64,000 bases of DNA from a bacterium (GTDB lineage: Bacteria; SAR324; XYD2-FULL-50-16; G965216635): the NCBI GenBank assembly GCA_965216635.1, contig OZ244188.1, forward strand, positions 1,152,001 to 1,216,000. Direction: 5' to 3'. Positions within the stretch are counted from its first letter, which is position 1, and every line of letters begins with the position of its first letter. Shown here piece by piece: positions 48,101 through 57,541 of this stretch. Both the position numbers and the translations under genes were made by a program. The notes under the pieces are model-generated. The model searched no databases. It saw only the letters and a program-made list of their open reading frames with translations, and was not told the origin of the DNA.

Positions 48101-50482
48101 TTAAGTTCTAGGTTTTTCTCTTTTTGGGTCTATAAATGGTATTGGTGTTGTCTTGCATTTTAAGCGTTTTTGAAAACCATCCAATTTACCTATTTCTAGT
48201 TTATTATTTTCTTGGCAAAGACTTTTCTCAATTCTTGTTAAGGCAATAGTTTTCCCTAATTGATGGGATCGGGTAGCACTTGTTATAACGCCTACTTGCT
48301 TTCTATCAAGATAAACAGTATCACCATGCATAGGAACTTCATTTCCTTCCAAAATAAGCCCGTATAAATTGTATCTTTGATTGTTTTGTTGTTTTTCAAT
48401 GGCGAGCTTTCCAATAAAGTTTTCTTTCTTGCAATCAACGGCAAAACTCAAGTTTGCTTCTGCGGGTAAAACAGTGCCTCCAAAATCGTAACCAGCAACC
48501 ATTAAACCAGCCTCAATTCTAATAGAATTGAGCGCACTCGTTCCCATTGGAGTCAAGCCTTGTGTTTTTCCAGCCTTCATTAAAATATCCCAAATTTGAA
48601 CTGCATCTTTTTGTGCACAAAAAATTTCATAGCCTAACTCTCCTGTAAAACCTGTACGAGATAAGAAAAAAGGAATACCTTGGTTATCGTAAAAACGACC
48701 AATCAAACTACCGAACCATTTTAGATTTTTAAAACTTGGTTGATTGGGTAGCGTGTAAATAATATCTTTTAAAAGATTATAACTATTAGGTCCTTGAATA
48801 GCAAGATTACAAAGTTGTTTCGACATATTACGAATCCACGCATTCAAATTTTTTTCTTGGGCTACTTTTTTTAATTGATAAGCAGACTCATCACTACCAC
48901 AACACCATCTCAATAGGTTATCCGACAAGCGAAATAAGGTACCATCATCAATAATGGAACCAAATTCATTACACAGCAATGCATAAATGGCTCTATTAGA
49001 AGATAGTTTCTTTACATTACGGGTAATACATAAATCAAGCAGTTCTTCGGCATCTTCTCCATAAATATCAAGAATACGAAGATTGGACATATCTTGAATA
49101 ATAGCAGCGTTTTTACAAGCCCAATACTCTTCTGCTGCACCTGTGCCTTCATAATGAGAAACATTCCAATAAGGAGCTGCTGCGGTAAATTGTTTTGTTA
49201 ACCGACTTGTTCTTGGATAAAATGGACTTTCTTTTGACATTTGTAAAATAGATTGTGGGTATGGACGATAGCCAATAGATTTTTTAGGTTGTGATAAACT
49301 TGAATAGATACGCACTAAAACATCTGTAGGGTTCCATCCGTTAATAGGATCAATATCATCAGGACAAGCTGTGCTGACGCAAACTAAATCAGTAAGTGCT
49401 TTCAGTAAAACATAATCACCCGCTCTTGACCAAGCAGTATCGGATTGCAATTGATTGTTTGTGGGTAATATCCATGTATTAAAGAAAAAATTAATGGCGG
49501 GCCAACCTTTCTTAGGCGCAATACTATAATCCAAAAAAACATTAGATATATTATCTGAGCAATTCACATGTCCCGGAAAACCTCTATCTTCATAACCTTT
49601 CGCAGTACATGCAAATCCAAAAGTATCATGACGACCTACAGTATCTTGGACGACCTCAAGTAGTGGCACAAAATCTTGATCAAAAAATTTACTGAATAAT
49701 CCCGGCATTGGATAAGCTCCTCTAACTAACGAGCGAGTGACTGTTGAATCGATGTATCTTTCTTTTCCTTGATCCAATGAATGCGCATTCACTGCCATAA
49801 AATCAGAGCATTGCTGTCCTGCAAAATCAATAATTTGAATGCATTCACCTTTTTTAATTTCATAAGCTTTTGCTGTAGCGCGATTGACTAAAAATTCATC
49901 TTTGACTTGTCCTATGTAATCGGGTAAAGGAGGTAAGGAATGCTCTTCTTTTTGTACTTTTACTTTATAGCAACATAAATCTTCTCCTAAAATCACGGAT
50001 TCAAGATTAGAAATTGGAAATAAAAGAATAAGCAACAAATAATCGGTTGCCTGCAAAACAATCATTGGATTTTGTGTATTATCATTAAGCACTAAATCTA
50101 CTTTAATAAATTCTAGTTGCTCAAAATCCACCGATCTTGCTTTTAATTTTTCTTTAATTTCATTCAAATGATAAGAATCAGTTTTTGGCTGGATCAGTCT
50201 ACTCTTTTTCAATCCTAAAGATTGTAGACAAGAAATATTTTGATTGGATAAAGTAGCTAGATAAAAACCAGATAAAGAAGAAAAGCTCTCTATGGATTCA
50301 GAACTAATCTGGATTAAGTCCCCTTTTTGAATTGTAATAGCAAGCGCATTGCCAGAAAAGGTTTCGTAATTTTGTTGATCGGATATTTGATAATGCCCTG
50401 GATAAAGAGCCGAATTCACATTAAGCCCACCAAATTTTGGAACGTTTATAATTTCCTGTAATTGTGGTGATGGTTGTATCAT
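48101..50482 (-). CDS. DUF1989 + GcvT-type aminomethyltransferase fusion (TMAO demethylase Tdm-like)
   Basis: GQQCSDF, GRHDTFGFAC...HVNCS.N, TACPDDID..NGW.PTD, SRTGFTGELGYEI, RIEAGL. Confidence 0.82.
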   Translation of the reverse strand: MIQPSPQLQEIINVPKFGGLNVNSALYPGHYQISDQQNYETFSGNALAITIQKGDLIQISSESIESFSSLSGFYLATLSNQNISCLQSLGLKKSRLIQPKTDSYHLNEIKEKLKARSVDFEQLEFIKVDLVLNDNTQNPMIVLQATDYLLLILLFPISNLESVILGEDLCCYKVKVQKEEHSLPPLPDYIGQVKDEFLVNRATAKAYEIKKGECIQIIDFAGQQCSDFMAVNAHSLDQGKERYIDSTVTRSLVRGAYPMPGLFSKFFDQDFVPLLEVVQDTVGRHDTFGFACTAKGYEDRGFPGHVNCSDNISNVFLDYSIAPKKGWPAINFFFNTWILPTNNQLQSDTAWSRAGDYVLLKALTDLVCVSTACPDDIDPINGWNPTDVLVRIYSSLSQPKKSIGYRPYPQSILQMSKESPFYPRTSRLTKQFTAAAPYWNVSHYEGTGAAEEYWACKNAAIIQDMSNLRILDIYGEDAEELLDLCITRNVKKLSSNRAIYALLCNEFGSIIDDGTLFRLSDNLLRWCCGSDESAYQLKKVAQEKNLNAWIRNMSKQLCNLAIQGPNSYNLLKDIIYTLPNQPSFKNLKWFGSLIGRFYDNQGIPFFLSRTGFTGELGYEIFCAQKDAVQIWDILMKAGKTQGLTPMGTSALNSIRIEAGLMVAGYDFGGTVLPAEANLSFAVDCKKENFIGKLAIEKQQNNQRYNLYGLILEGNEVPMHGDTVYLDRKQVGVITSATRSHQLGKTIALTRIEKSLCQENNKLEIGKLDGFQKRLKCKTTPIPFIDPKREKPRT

Positions 50483-50536
50483 ATTTGCAGTATTAAATAA
50501 AATTCAAAGACAACTATAAAACCCTAAAGTCTCTCA

Positions 50537-52060
50537 CTATTTTCTTCTACCACGCATTACACTATTCAAAATGAGTGCGCAAAATAATATAGAGAATCCA
50601 GCTAAAATTCCTTGACCAACAGAAGCATATTGTAAGGCTTCTAAGATATCTTCACCAAGACCTTTCGCACCAATTAACGAAGCTACAACAACCATTGCTA
50701 AACTGAGCATCACGGTCTGATTGATTCCTGCTAGTATTGATGGTGCTGCTAAAGGAAGATCTACTTTTCTTAATAAATACCATTTTGATGCTCCGTATGA
50801 AATGGCTGCTTCTCTAACAGAATCAGGCACTCCTTGTATCCCCAACACTGTCAAGCGGACAACTGGTGTGCCGCCAAATATCATTGTAATTACAACGGCT
50901 GCTGGTTTGCCCGTACTAAAAAAAGCAATGACAGGAATCATAAAAACAAAGGATGGCATTGTCTGCATAAAATCCATAATGGGCCTAATAATAGCGTAAA
51001 ATCTTGGTCTTCTAGCACAATAAACGCCTAGTGGAATACCCAACGAAATACTAATACAGGCTGCTGTACCAAGAAGAGCAAGCGTTGTCATTGCTTTTTC
51101 CCAAAAACCAAATAAACCAATGTAAAGTAAAAATATTGAAGTGAAAATTGCAGATTTTTTACCAGCTGTCAAGGCTACCAATAAAATGATAAAACTGGCA
51201 ATTACAATCCATGGTGTTCCCACAAAAACCAGTTCTAACCAATCCAAAACTACGCGAATAGCAAACCGAATGGAATCAAATAAAATTTCACCATAAAGTG
51301 TTGTAGCATCAAAAAAATTTTTAATAGCTTCTGTTCCAGTTAAACGAATATTTGCATCAGTAGGAAATTGAGCAAACCATTTAACTTGATCGGGAAAACT
51401 ATAGTGAATAGAACAAGCGATATAAACAGTGATCGCAAAAATAAGACTAGTGATAAGTCTTGAAAATAAAATGGAGTGAGCCAATGTTCTATCAGAAAGC
51501 CAATTAGAAAATTGTTTCTCAAGTTGCATATTTGCCGTCAAACCCGCAATGCCTTTAATAAGCAACATTAATAGAAAACCAAAAACAGCTACCCAGATTG
51601 CTGAATCTTCAATTTGCTGTGCTTCTGCACGTATAGAACCAATGGAATTTTCTAGCGCTTCAATTGCTCTTTTAAAAACTGCAATATTGTCAGCGTTGCT
51701 TTCTATAGCTTCTTGAAGTTGTGTTCTACGCAATTCAAGGGTGAACTCAATGGCTTTGATTTGTTCTCTCGCACCGGCTGCAATATCTCCAAAAATACCC
51801 CGTGTAATTTGAACAAAAGCAAAAGTTTCTAGGATAATAAAAACAAGACACCAATTCCAAATTCCTCGCATACCAAACCAAATGGGTCCCAATAAAGCAG
51901 CAAATAAATTAAAACTCCAAACAAATTTGGAAGTCGCATTGATACGTTGAAACTGTGTTGCGTAGTATTCGCTATTTTTACCAACAAACTTTTTTAGTAA
52001 TTTATTTTGTTCTTTTTGGTACATTGTCTTTGCAGTAGGTCTCATTTGGCGTTTTGGCAA
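50537..52060 (-). CDS. glycine-betaine-family ABC permease with long N-terminal extension (TmoV-like)
   Basis: MDFMQTMPSFV, EAA.SYGA, V.LPLA.P.I.AG.NQ. Confidence 0.88.
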   Translation of the reverse strand: MPKRQMRPTAKTMYQKEQNKLLKKFVGKNSEYYATQFQRINATSKFVWSFNLFAALLGPIWFGMRGIWNWCLVFIILETFAFVQITRGIFGDIAAGAREQIKAIEFTLELRRTQLQEAIESNADNIAVFKRAIEALENSIGSIRAEAQQIEDSAIWVAVFGFLLMLLIKGIAGLTANMQLEKQFSNWLSDRTLAHSILFSRLITSLIFAITVYIACSIHYSFPDQVKWFAQFPTDANIRLTGTEAIKNFFDATTLYGEILFDSIRFAIRVVLDWLELVFVGTPWIVIASFIILLVALTAGKKSAIFTSIFLLYIGLFGFWEKAMTTLALLGTAACISISLGIPLGVYCARRPRFYAIIRPIMDFMQTMPSFVFMIPVIAFFSTGKPAAVVITMIFGGTPVVRLTVLGIQGVPDSVREAAISYGASKWYLLRKVDLPLAAPSILAGINQTVMLSLAMVVVASLIGAKGLGEDILEALQYASVGQGILAGFSILFCALILNSVMRGRRK

Positions 52061-52065
52061 AAAAA

Positions 52066-52917
52066 TTATTTGAATTGTTCTTTAGGAATATTACTAACAA
52101 AATCAGCAACATATTTATCCGCAGGTTTTAAAATAATATCGCGTGGCTTTCCAATCTGTATGATTTTACCATCTCGCATAATAGCAATACGGTCACCAAT
52201 TTTTATAGCTTCATCAAGGTCGTGTGTGATAAATAAAGTGGTTTTTTTCATTTTAGCTGAAATCTCCATAAATTGATCTTGAAGTTGTCTACGAATAAGA
52301 GGATCCAAAGCACTAAAAGGTTCATCCATTAATAAAATATCAGTATCTGATACTAAAGCTCTAGCTAATCCAACCCGCTGTTGCATTCCACCTGAAAGTT
52401 CTTGAATAAATTTATTACCCCACCCATTGAGATTAACCATTTCCAGTGTTTTTTCCGCAATTTCTATACGTTTACTTTTATTGACGCCACGAATCTCTAG
52501 CGGTAGAGCAACATTATCATAAATAGAACGATGAGGCATTAAAGCGAAATTTTGAAAAACCATAGAAATGGTTTGATTTCTAAAATGTTGTATTTTTTTG
52601 TCTGAAATTGAAAGAATATCTTCATCATTAACATAAATTTTTCCAAAGGTAGGTTCTAATAGACGATTGATGTGTCTGACAAGAGTTGATTTGCCGCTAC
52701 CAGATAAACCCATAATACAAAAAATTTCTCCTTTCTCAACTTTGAAACTAACATCTTCAACTCCAACAACGCAGTTATATTTTTCTAGGACTTTCTTTTT
52801 TTGTATTTTATTTTTTTGAATATCATCAAATGCTTCTCGCCATCTTTCTCCAAAAATTTTCCAAACTTTTTCAGCCCTTACAGAATAAATGGGTTTTTGT
52901 TTTTTTGACATAATCAT
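52066..52917 (-). CDS. glycine-betaine-family ABC ATP-binding protein (TmoW-like)
   Basis: MGLSGSGKST, LSGGMQQRVGLARAL, DEPFSALDPLIR. Confidence 0.92.
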   Translation of the reverse strand: MIMSKKQKPIYSVRAEKVWKIFGERWREAFDDIQKNKIQKKKVLEKYNCVVGVEDVSFKVEKGEIFCIMGLSGSGKSTLVRHINRLLEPTFGKIYVNDEDILSISDKKIQHFRNQTISMVFQNFALMPHRSIYDNVALPLEIRGVNKSKRIEIAEKTLEMVNLNGWGNKFIQELSGGMQQRVGLARALVSDTDILLMDEPFSALDPLIRRQLQDQFMEISAKMKKTTLFITHDLDEAIKIGDRIAIMRDGKIIQIGKPRDIILKPADKYVADFVSNIPKEQFK

Positions 52918-53007
52918 AACAGACGAGTGCTGTTTAATTTTGGGTAGAGTCTACAAATGCAAATTTTGGGTAGCGTTCACAGATGTAAATGTAAATGTAA
53001 ATTGTGG

Positions 53008-53047
53008 GTAGAGTTTAATGTGTTTATAATAAACCATTAAACTCTAC
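53008..53047. repeat. GTAG-type REP-like hairpin inside the ABC operon
   Basis: GTAGAGTTTAATG/CATTAAACTCTAC 13-bp perfect stem. Confidence 0.65.
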
Positions 53048-53059
53048 TGAAAAGATTAA

Positions 53060-54022
53060 TTATAAACCCAACCAACTATCAACACGTTTAGAATTCTTAC
53101 GAACCCATTCTGCAATTACTTCTTCTGCTTTCTTGCCTTTGGAAGTTTGATATACCCATCCACCAACATCATCTGAAGTCAATTTGATATTTGCTACAAG
53201 TTTCGCTATTCCGGGAGATCTTTTTTTAAGTGATTTTGAATAAGCAATTTGCACTTTTTTAACAGCATCAGCCGAGCTAACTTTAGAGAGTTTATACCAA
53301 TCAGGACTTTCTGCTGGTTGAACCACTTTATATTTTGCTGGGTTGTGTTTTGGTTCTGACAAACGAACAACGTCGTATAAAAACCAAATAGAATGAGGAG
53401 AATAACAATAAAAAGCAAATCCTTGTTTCTTTTTGATAGACTCGCCAACTTTTGCAACCATTACGCTTTGTTCAGCCCGAATAGGCTCTATAAAAGGTAG
53501 TAGACCATAATCTCTAACTTTTATTTCATTGACATTAGCAGATGCCCAGCCTGGTGCACCAATCCAGATTTCACCTTTGCCGTTACCGTCAGAATCCATC
53601 TTCTTTGCAATCTCTGGCCTTGCCAAATCAAAAATAGAAGTGACTTTATTTTTTTTGGAGAACGTTTTAGTCACACAAAAACTCTGTACTCCTTTATAAG
53701 AATTTTTGCTTAAAACAACTGTTTTTCTACTATCAACATACTTTTTTGTAAAAGTTTCTTGATTAGGTAACCATACATCAGGATGGATATCAATTGCTCC
53801 TTTTCCTTGATCCATAGCTTGAAAAATAGTCGCATTTGTTCCTGGGGCAAATTCAGCTTGACCCCCTAATTTTTTAGTAACAACTTCGTGAATCAAATGT
53901 GCAATGGCTTGAGCCCCTGCCCAACTTGGAACACCAATACTCACTTTTTCTACTGCTTGTATTGGAATAGTAAATAGGCATAAATATGCTATTACTAAAT
54001 ACTTCGATATAATACGTTTCAT
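53060..54022 (-). CDS. glycine-betaine-family substrate-binding protein (TmoX-like)
   Basis: IGVPSW, DIHP.VWLPNQ, D.DGNGKGEIWIGAPGWAS. Confidence 0.85.
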   Translation of the reverse strand: MKRIISKYLVIAYLCLFTIPIQAVEKVSIGVPSWAGAQAIAHLIHEVVTKKLGGQAEFAPGTNATIFQAMDQGKGAIDIHPDVWLPNQETFTKKYVDSRKTVVLSKNSYKGVQSFCVTKTFSKKNKVTSIFDLARPEIAKKMDSDGNGKGEIWIGAPGWASANVNEIKVRDYGLLPFIEPIRAEQSVMVAKVGESIKKKQGFAFYCYSPHSIWFLYDVVRLSEPKHNPAKYKVVQPAESPDWYKLSKVSSADAVKKVQIAYSKSLKKRSPGIAKLVANIKLTSDDVGGWVYQTSKGKKAEEVIAEWVRKNSKRVDSWLGL

Positions 54023-54095
54023 TTTAATCTCTTGAGAAAATTATAAATTAAAAAAAAGCAATATAAATTTTTAAAATCTATAAAGCTAAGATTGC

Positions 54096-54217
54096 TAGAC
54101 CTTTGAATTTCGCTGCTGTGGAGGCTAGGCAAATGGTTAGAAAAGTGCAAAAAAAATTTTAACGCTGCAAAATTCCAACACTGCATAGTCTAAACAAAAT
54201 GCAAAATCAAAAATCTA
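54096..54217. mobile_element. degenerate palindromic element in the leader of the SBP gene
   Basis: TAGACCTTTGAATT...GGCTAG.CAAATGGTTAGAAAAGTGC...AAATCAAAAATCTA. Confidence 0.82.
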
Positions 54218-54223
54218 GGTTCC

Positions 54224-54252
54224 AGTATAAAATTTTTTAATATATATGTCAA
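54224..54252 (-). promoter_or_regulatory. putative sigma70 promoter of the TmoX-like operon (TTGACA-17-TATACT)
   Basis: Near-perfect consensus. Confidence 0.7.
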
Positions 54253-54367
54253 TAGCTTTTTTGAGAATAATATACAGAAAAATAAAAAAGCTAGTAAATA
54301 CAAAGAAAATACCCTGTTACCGTTTATAAGAACTTTAACTAAAAACAACCTAGCACCAATAATAAGA

Positions 54368-54415
54368 GAGACCTTTTGAATTAGTGTTATGTTTATTTAA
54401 ACTAGGCAAGGCAAA
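54368..54415. repeat. left-end fragment of palindromic element
   Basis: GAGACCTTTTGAATTAGTGTTATG...GGCAAGGCAAAA. Confidence 0.75.
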
Positions 54416-54586
54416 ATGTGTAACCAAGTTAGTATCTATCTTTTTTCATCAAAACACAGCAAATTACCCATTAAATTAAAATATTCAAGATATTTTTAAA
54501 GAAAATCAAATTATTTCCCTTGACTTTTTTAATAAACTATAATAAAAAATACAACGATTGGGAATATTGAGTTCAATCTAATACTA

Positions 54587-54678
54587 TAGACTTTTGAATT
54601 TGCGTTCTGTTTAGCCTATGCAGCGTTAAAATTTTTTTGCCTTGCCTAGCCGTCACATAACGCAAATTCAAAGGTCTA
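54587..54678. mobile_element. internally deleted palindromic element (flanks TACTA/TACAA)
   Basis: TAGACTTTTGAATTTGCGTT...AACGCAAATTCAAAGGTCTA. Confidence 0.9.
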
Positions 54679-54742
54679 TACAATTTAGGTTGTTATTTTT
54701 CCCCGTTTTATCTTTAATTTAAACAAAAATAGGAGATACATT

Positions 54743-54988
54743 ATGCATAAAGAATATTGGAAAAAAACAAGAGGCTTAATGCTATTTATTTTAGCGTTAT
54801 GGTTTTTCTTTAGTTTTTTTATCCATTTTTTTGTTGATTCCCTTAATAATATAACATTTATTGGCTTTCCGCTTGGGTTTTACTTTGCGTCCCAAGGATC
54901 TTTGATAGCCTTTGTTATTATTATTTTTTACTACGCAAAAAAACAAAACAAAATTGACCAAAAATTCGGGGTCAGTGAAGATAACTAA
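54743..54988 (+). CDS. DUF4212 solute:sodium symporter small subunit
   Basis: YW..T, GFPLGFY.A.QGS, ID..FGV.E; AGGAG RBS. Confidence 0.9.
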   Translation: MHKEYWKKTRGLMLFILALWFFFSFFIHFFVDSLNNITFIGFPLGFYFASQGSLIAFVIIIFYYAKKQNKIDQKFGVSEDN

Positions 54989-54999
54989 CAGGAGGCAAT

Positions 55000-56763
55000 A
55001 TGAAAAAAAATAAAGATTTTACCCAAAATTTAGGTAAAATATATTCCATCTATACAGGTGGGTTTTTAGGGTTTGTAGCTGTTTTAGCTGTTTTGGAGCA
55101 GCTAGGAGTACCTAATCAATACATAGGCTACGCTTTTATATTCCTTACTATTGGGGTATATGCGGCTATTGGGATTCTTGCAAGAACCTCCCATATTCCA
55201 GAGTATTATGTAGCTGGTAGAAAAGTTCCTCCCGTCTTTAACGGTATGGCAACAGGAGCAGATTGGATGTCTGGAGCTTCTTTTGTCGGTATGGCTGGGA
55301 GTTTGTTTGTCTTAGGCTACGATGGCTTTTCTTTTGTGCTTGGCTGGACAGGTGGTTATATTTTAGTAGCTATCTTGCTTGCCCCTTATTTGAGAAAATT
55401 TGGCGCCTACACTGTGCCAGACTTTTTAGGAGAAAGATACGGTGGAAACACAGCTCGGATTACAGGTATTGTGGTGCTTTTTTTCTGTTCTTTTACCTAT
55501 GTGACAGCACAGATTTACGCTACAGGGATTATTTCTACAAGATTTTTAGGAATTCCGTTTGAAATTGCTGTATTCATTGGTTTGTGTGGTATTTTAGTTT
55601 GCTCTATGCTTGGAGGTATGCGGGCTGTAACTTGGACTCAAGTCGCCCAGTATATCATATTAATCATAGCTTACTTGATTCCTGTAGTTATTCTATCTGT
55701 CAAAGTGACAGGCGTGCCTATACCCCAGTTGATGTATGGAACAGCGGTAGAACAAATTACAGCTCTAGAAGGCACTTTGGGTATTGTCCAAGCTCACGCA
55801 ACGCCTTTTACAAATTATGATCCTAAAAATTACTTCTTGTTGATTTTCTGTTTAATGGCTGGAACTGCGTCTTTACCTCATGTACTGATGCGTTTTTTTA
55901 CTACACCTAGTGTAAAAGCAGCGAGAGTATCTGTAGCTTGGTCTTTGTTTTTTATTTTCTTGCTTTACTTCACTGCTCCCGCTTATGCAGCTTTTGCTAA
56001 ATTAGAAATCTATTCTAATGTATTGGGTCAGGAAATCACATCTTTACCGAGTTGGGTTAAGAGTTGGTCTGAAGTAGCAGGTTTATTAAAAATTAACGAC
56101 CTGAACGGTGACGGTATCTTGCAATTTAAGGAATTGACTATCAACCGAGATATTATTGTATTAGCAACCCCTGAAATTGCTGGGCTACCTTATGTAGTTG
56201 CTGGTTTGGTTGCTGCTGGTGGTTTGGCAGCAGCTCTTTCTACAGCTGATGGGCTACTTTTGGCTATTGCAAACGCTTTGAGTCACGACATCTATTACAA
56301 GATGATCAACCCACGAGCGAATGCCAAAGCCAGATTACTCGCAGCTCGTATTGTCTTAATTGGAGTAGCTATTTTAGCAGCCGCTCTAGCAAGCACAAAA
56401 CCGGCAGACATACTCTCGATGGTTGCTATGGCATTCTCCATAGCAGCAAGCGGATTGTTTGCTCCCTTGGTATTGGGAATATGGTGGAAACGAGCGAACA
56501 AGGAAGGGGCAGTTCTAGGTATGATTAGTGGATTTGTAGTTTGTATGTATTATATTATTTCAACCCACCAAACTTTTGGTATTCAAAACGAATTGTGGTT
56601 TGGAGTAAATACAATATCTGCTGGAAGCTTTGGTATACCTGTTTCTTTTGCTGTAATGATTATTGTGAGTTTGCTTACAAAAGCTCCAGAAGCAGAAGTG
56701 CAACAGATGGTAGAAGAATTAAGAATTCCAGCAGGTGAAACTGTTATAAAGGAACAACACTAA
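55000..56763 (+). CDS. sodium:solute symporter (ActP/VC_2705-like)
   Basis: NGMATGADWMS.ASF, GGMRAVTWTQVAQY, GTASLPH.LMRFFT, GGLAAALSTADGLLL. Confidence 0.92.
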   Translation: MKKNKDFTQNLGKIYSIYTGGFLGFVAVLAVLEQLGVPNQYIGYAFIFLTIGVYAAIGILARTSHIPEYYVAGRKVPPVFNGMATGADWMSGASFVGMAGSLFVLGYDGFSFVLGWTGGYILVAILLAPYLRKFGAYTVPDFLGERYGGNTARITGIVVLFFCSFTYVTAQIYATGIISTRFLGIPFEIAVFIGLCGILVCSMLGGMRAVTWTQVAQYIILIIAYLIPVVILSVKVTGVPIPQLMYGTAVEQITALEGTLGIVQAHATPFTNYDPKNYFLLIFCLMAGTASLPHVLMRFFTTPSVKAARVSVAWSLFFIFLLYFTAPAYAAFAKLEIYSNVLGQEITSLPSWVKSWSEVAGLLKINDLNGDGILQFKELTINRDIIVLATPEIAGLPYVVAGLVAAGGLAAALSTADGLLLAIANALSHDIYYKMINPRANAKARLLAARIVLIGVAILAAALASTKPADILSMVAMAFSIAASGLFAPLVLGIWWKRANKEGAVLGMISGFVVCMYYIISTHQTFGIQNELWFGVNTISAGSFGIPVSFAVMIIVSLLTKAPEAEVQQMVEELRIPAGETVIKEQH

Positions 56764-56774
56764 TTCGTTATAAA

Positions 56775-56809
56775 GGCTGGAGTGATTTTTTAAATCATTC
56801 CAGTTTTTA
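56775..56809 (+). terminator. rho-independent terminator
   Basis: CTGGAGTGATTT/AAATCATTCCAG stem followed by T run. Confidence 0.7.
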
Positions 56810-56818
56810 TCTACCTCT

Positions 56819-57139
56819 ATGAAAAATTTTGATCTTAGTTACTGGCTAGATTATCCTACACTAACCGTCCCCAATTTTATTTTAGCTATAATCATTTGGA
56901 CATTTTTTGGAAGATTTATATTAGATCTAGCCATTCCATCCTATGCAAATAACTATATTAGTAACTTTTTCCACAAACTAACGAATCCCTTTATTCGTAT
57001 ATTCCGCCCCATCACACCAAGTTTTTTACACCCTCTGTTTGTATTGCTCTATATACCCTTTTTGTTGTTTGTATTGCGAATCTTAAATTTTATTATACAC
57101 TTCCAACTAGGAGTAAAGCTTCTTTCAGACGATCATTAA
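56819..57139 (+). CDS. YggT-like small membrane protein
   Basis: PNFILA..IWT..GRF.L, FF.KLT.P.I...R.ITP. Confidence 0.65.
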   Translation: MKNFDLSYWLDYPTLTVPNFILAIIIWTFFGRFILDLAIPSYANNYISNFFHKLTNPFIRIFRPITPSFLHPLFVLLYIPFLLFVLRILNFIIHFQLGVKLLSDDH

Positions 57140-57188
57140 AAATCCTTTCTTTTTAAATTCTTTTCTTTTTTTATAGGGCATAACTAAA

Positions 57189-57264
57189 GAGACCTTTGAA
57201 TTAGTGTTAAACGATGCCTAAAAAGGCTAAAGCCACCAAAACAGAACGCAAATTCAAAAGTCTA
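57189..57264. mobile_element. short palindromic element copy
   Basis: GAGACCTTTGAATTAGTGTT...AACGCAAATTCAAAAGTCTA. Confidence 0.82.
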
Positions 57265-57370
57265 TAGTCAATAGATTTTTTGGGGAATAATATACAGAAA
57301 AATAAAAAAGCTAGTAAATACAAGAAAAACACTTTGTATATTTTCCAAATTGGGCTATATTGTCTCTTTT

Positions 57371-57515
57371 AGAAACCTTTGAATTAGGCATTCTAGTTCG
57401 GCTATACTGCGGTGTTCCAAGTTTTTTATTTCTTAAAATACTCCAGTATTACTCTTGGGTAAAAAACTTTTGCTCCTTGTCTAGCTTTCCTATAATGCTA
57501 AAGTTCAAAGATCTC
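57371..57515. mobile_element. palindromic element (AGGCATT subtype) in the NCS1 leader
   Basis: Closely similar to 7835-7971. Confidence 0.88.
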
Positions 57516-57541
57516 TTGTTATTAACAACCGAAATATTAAT

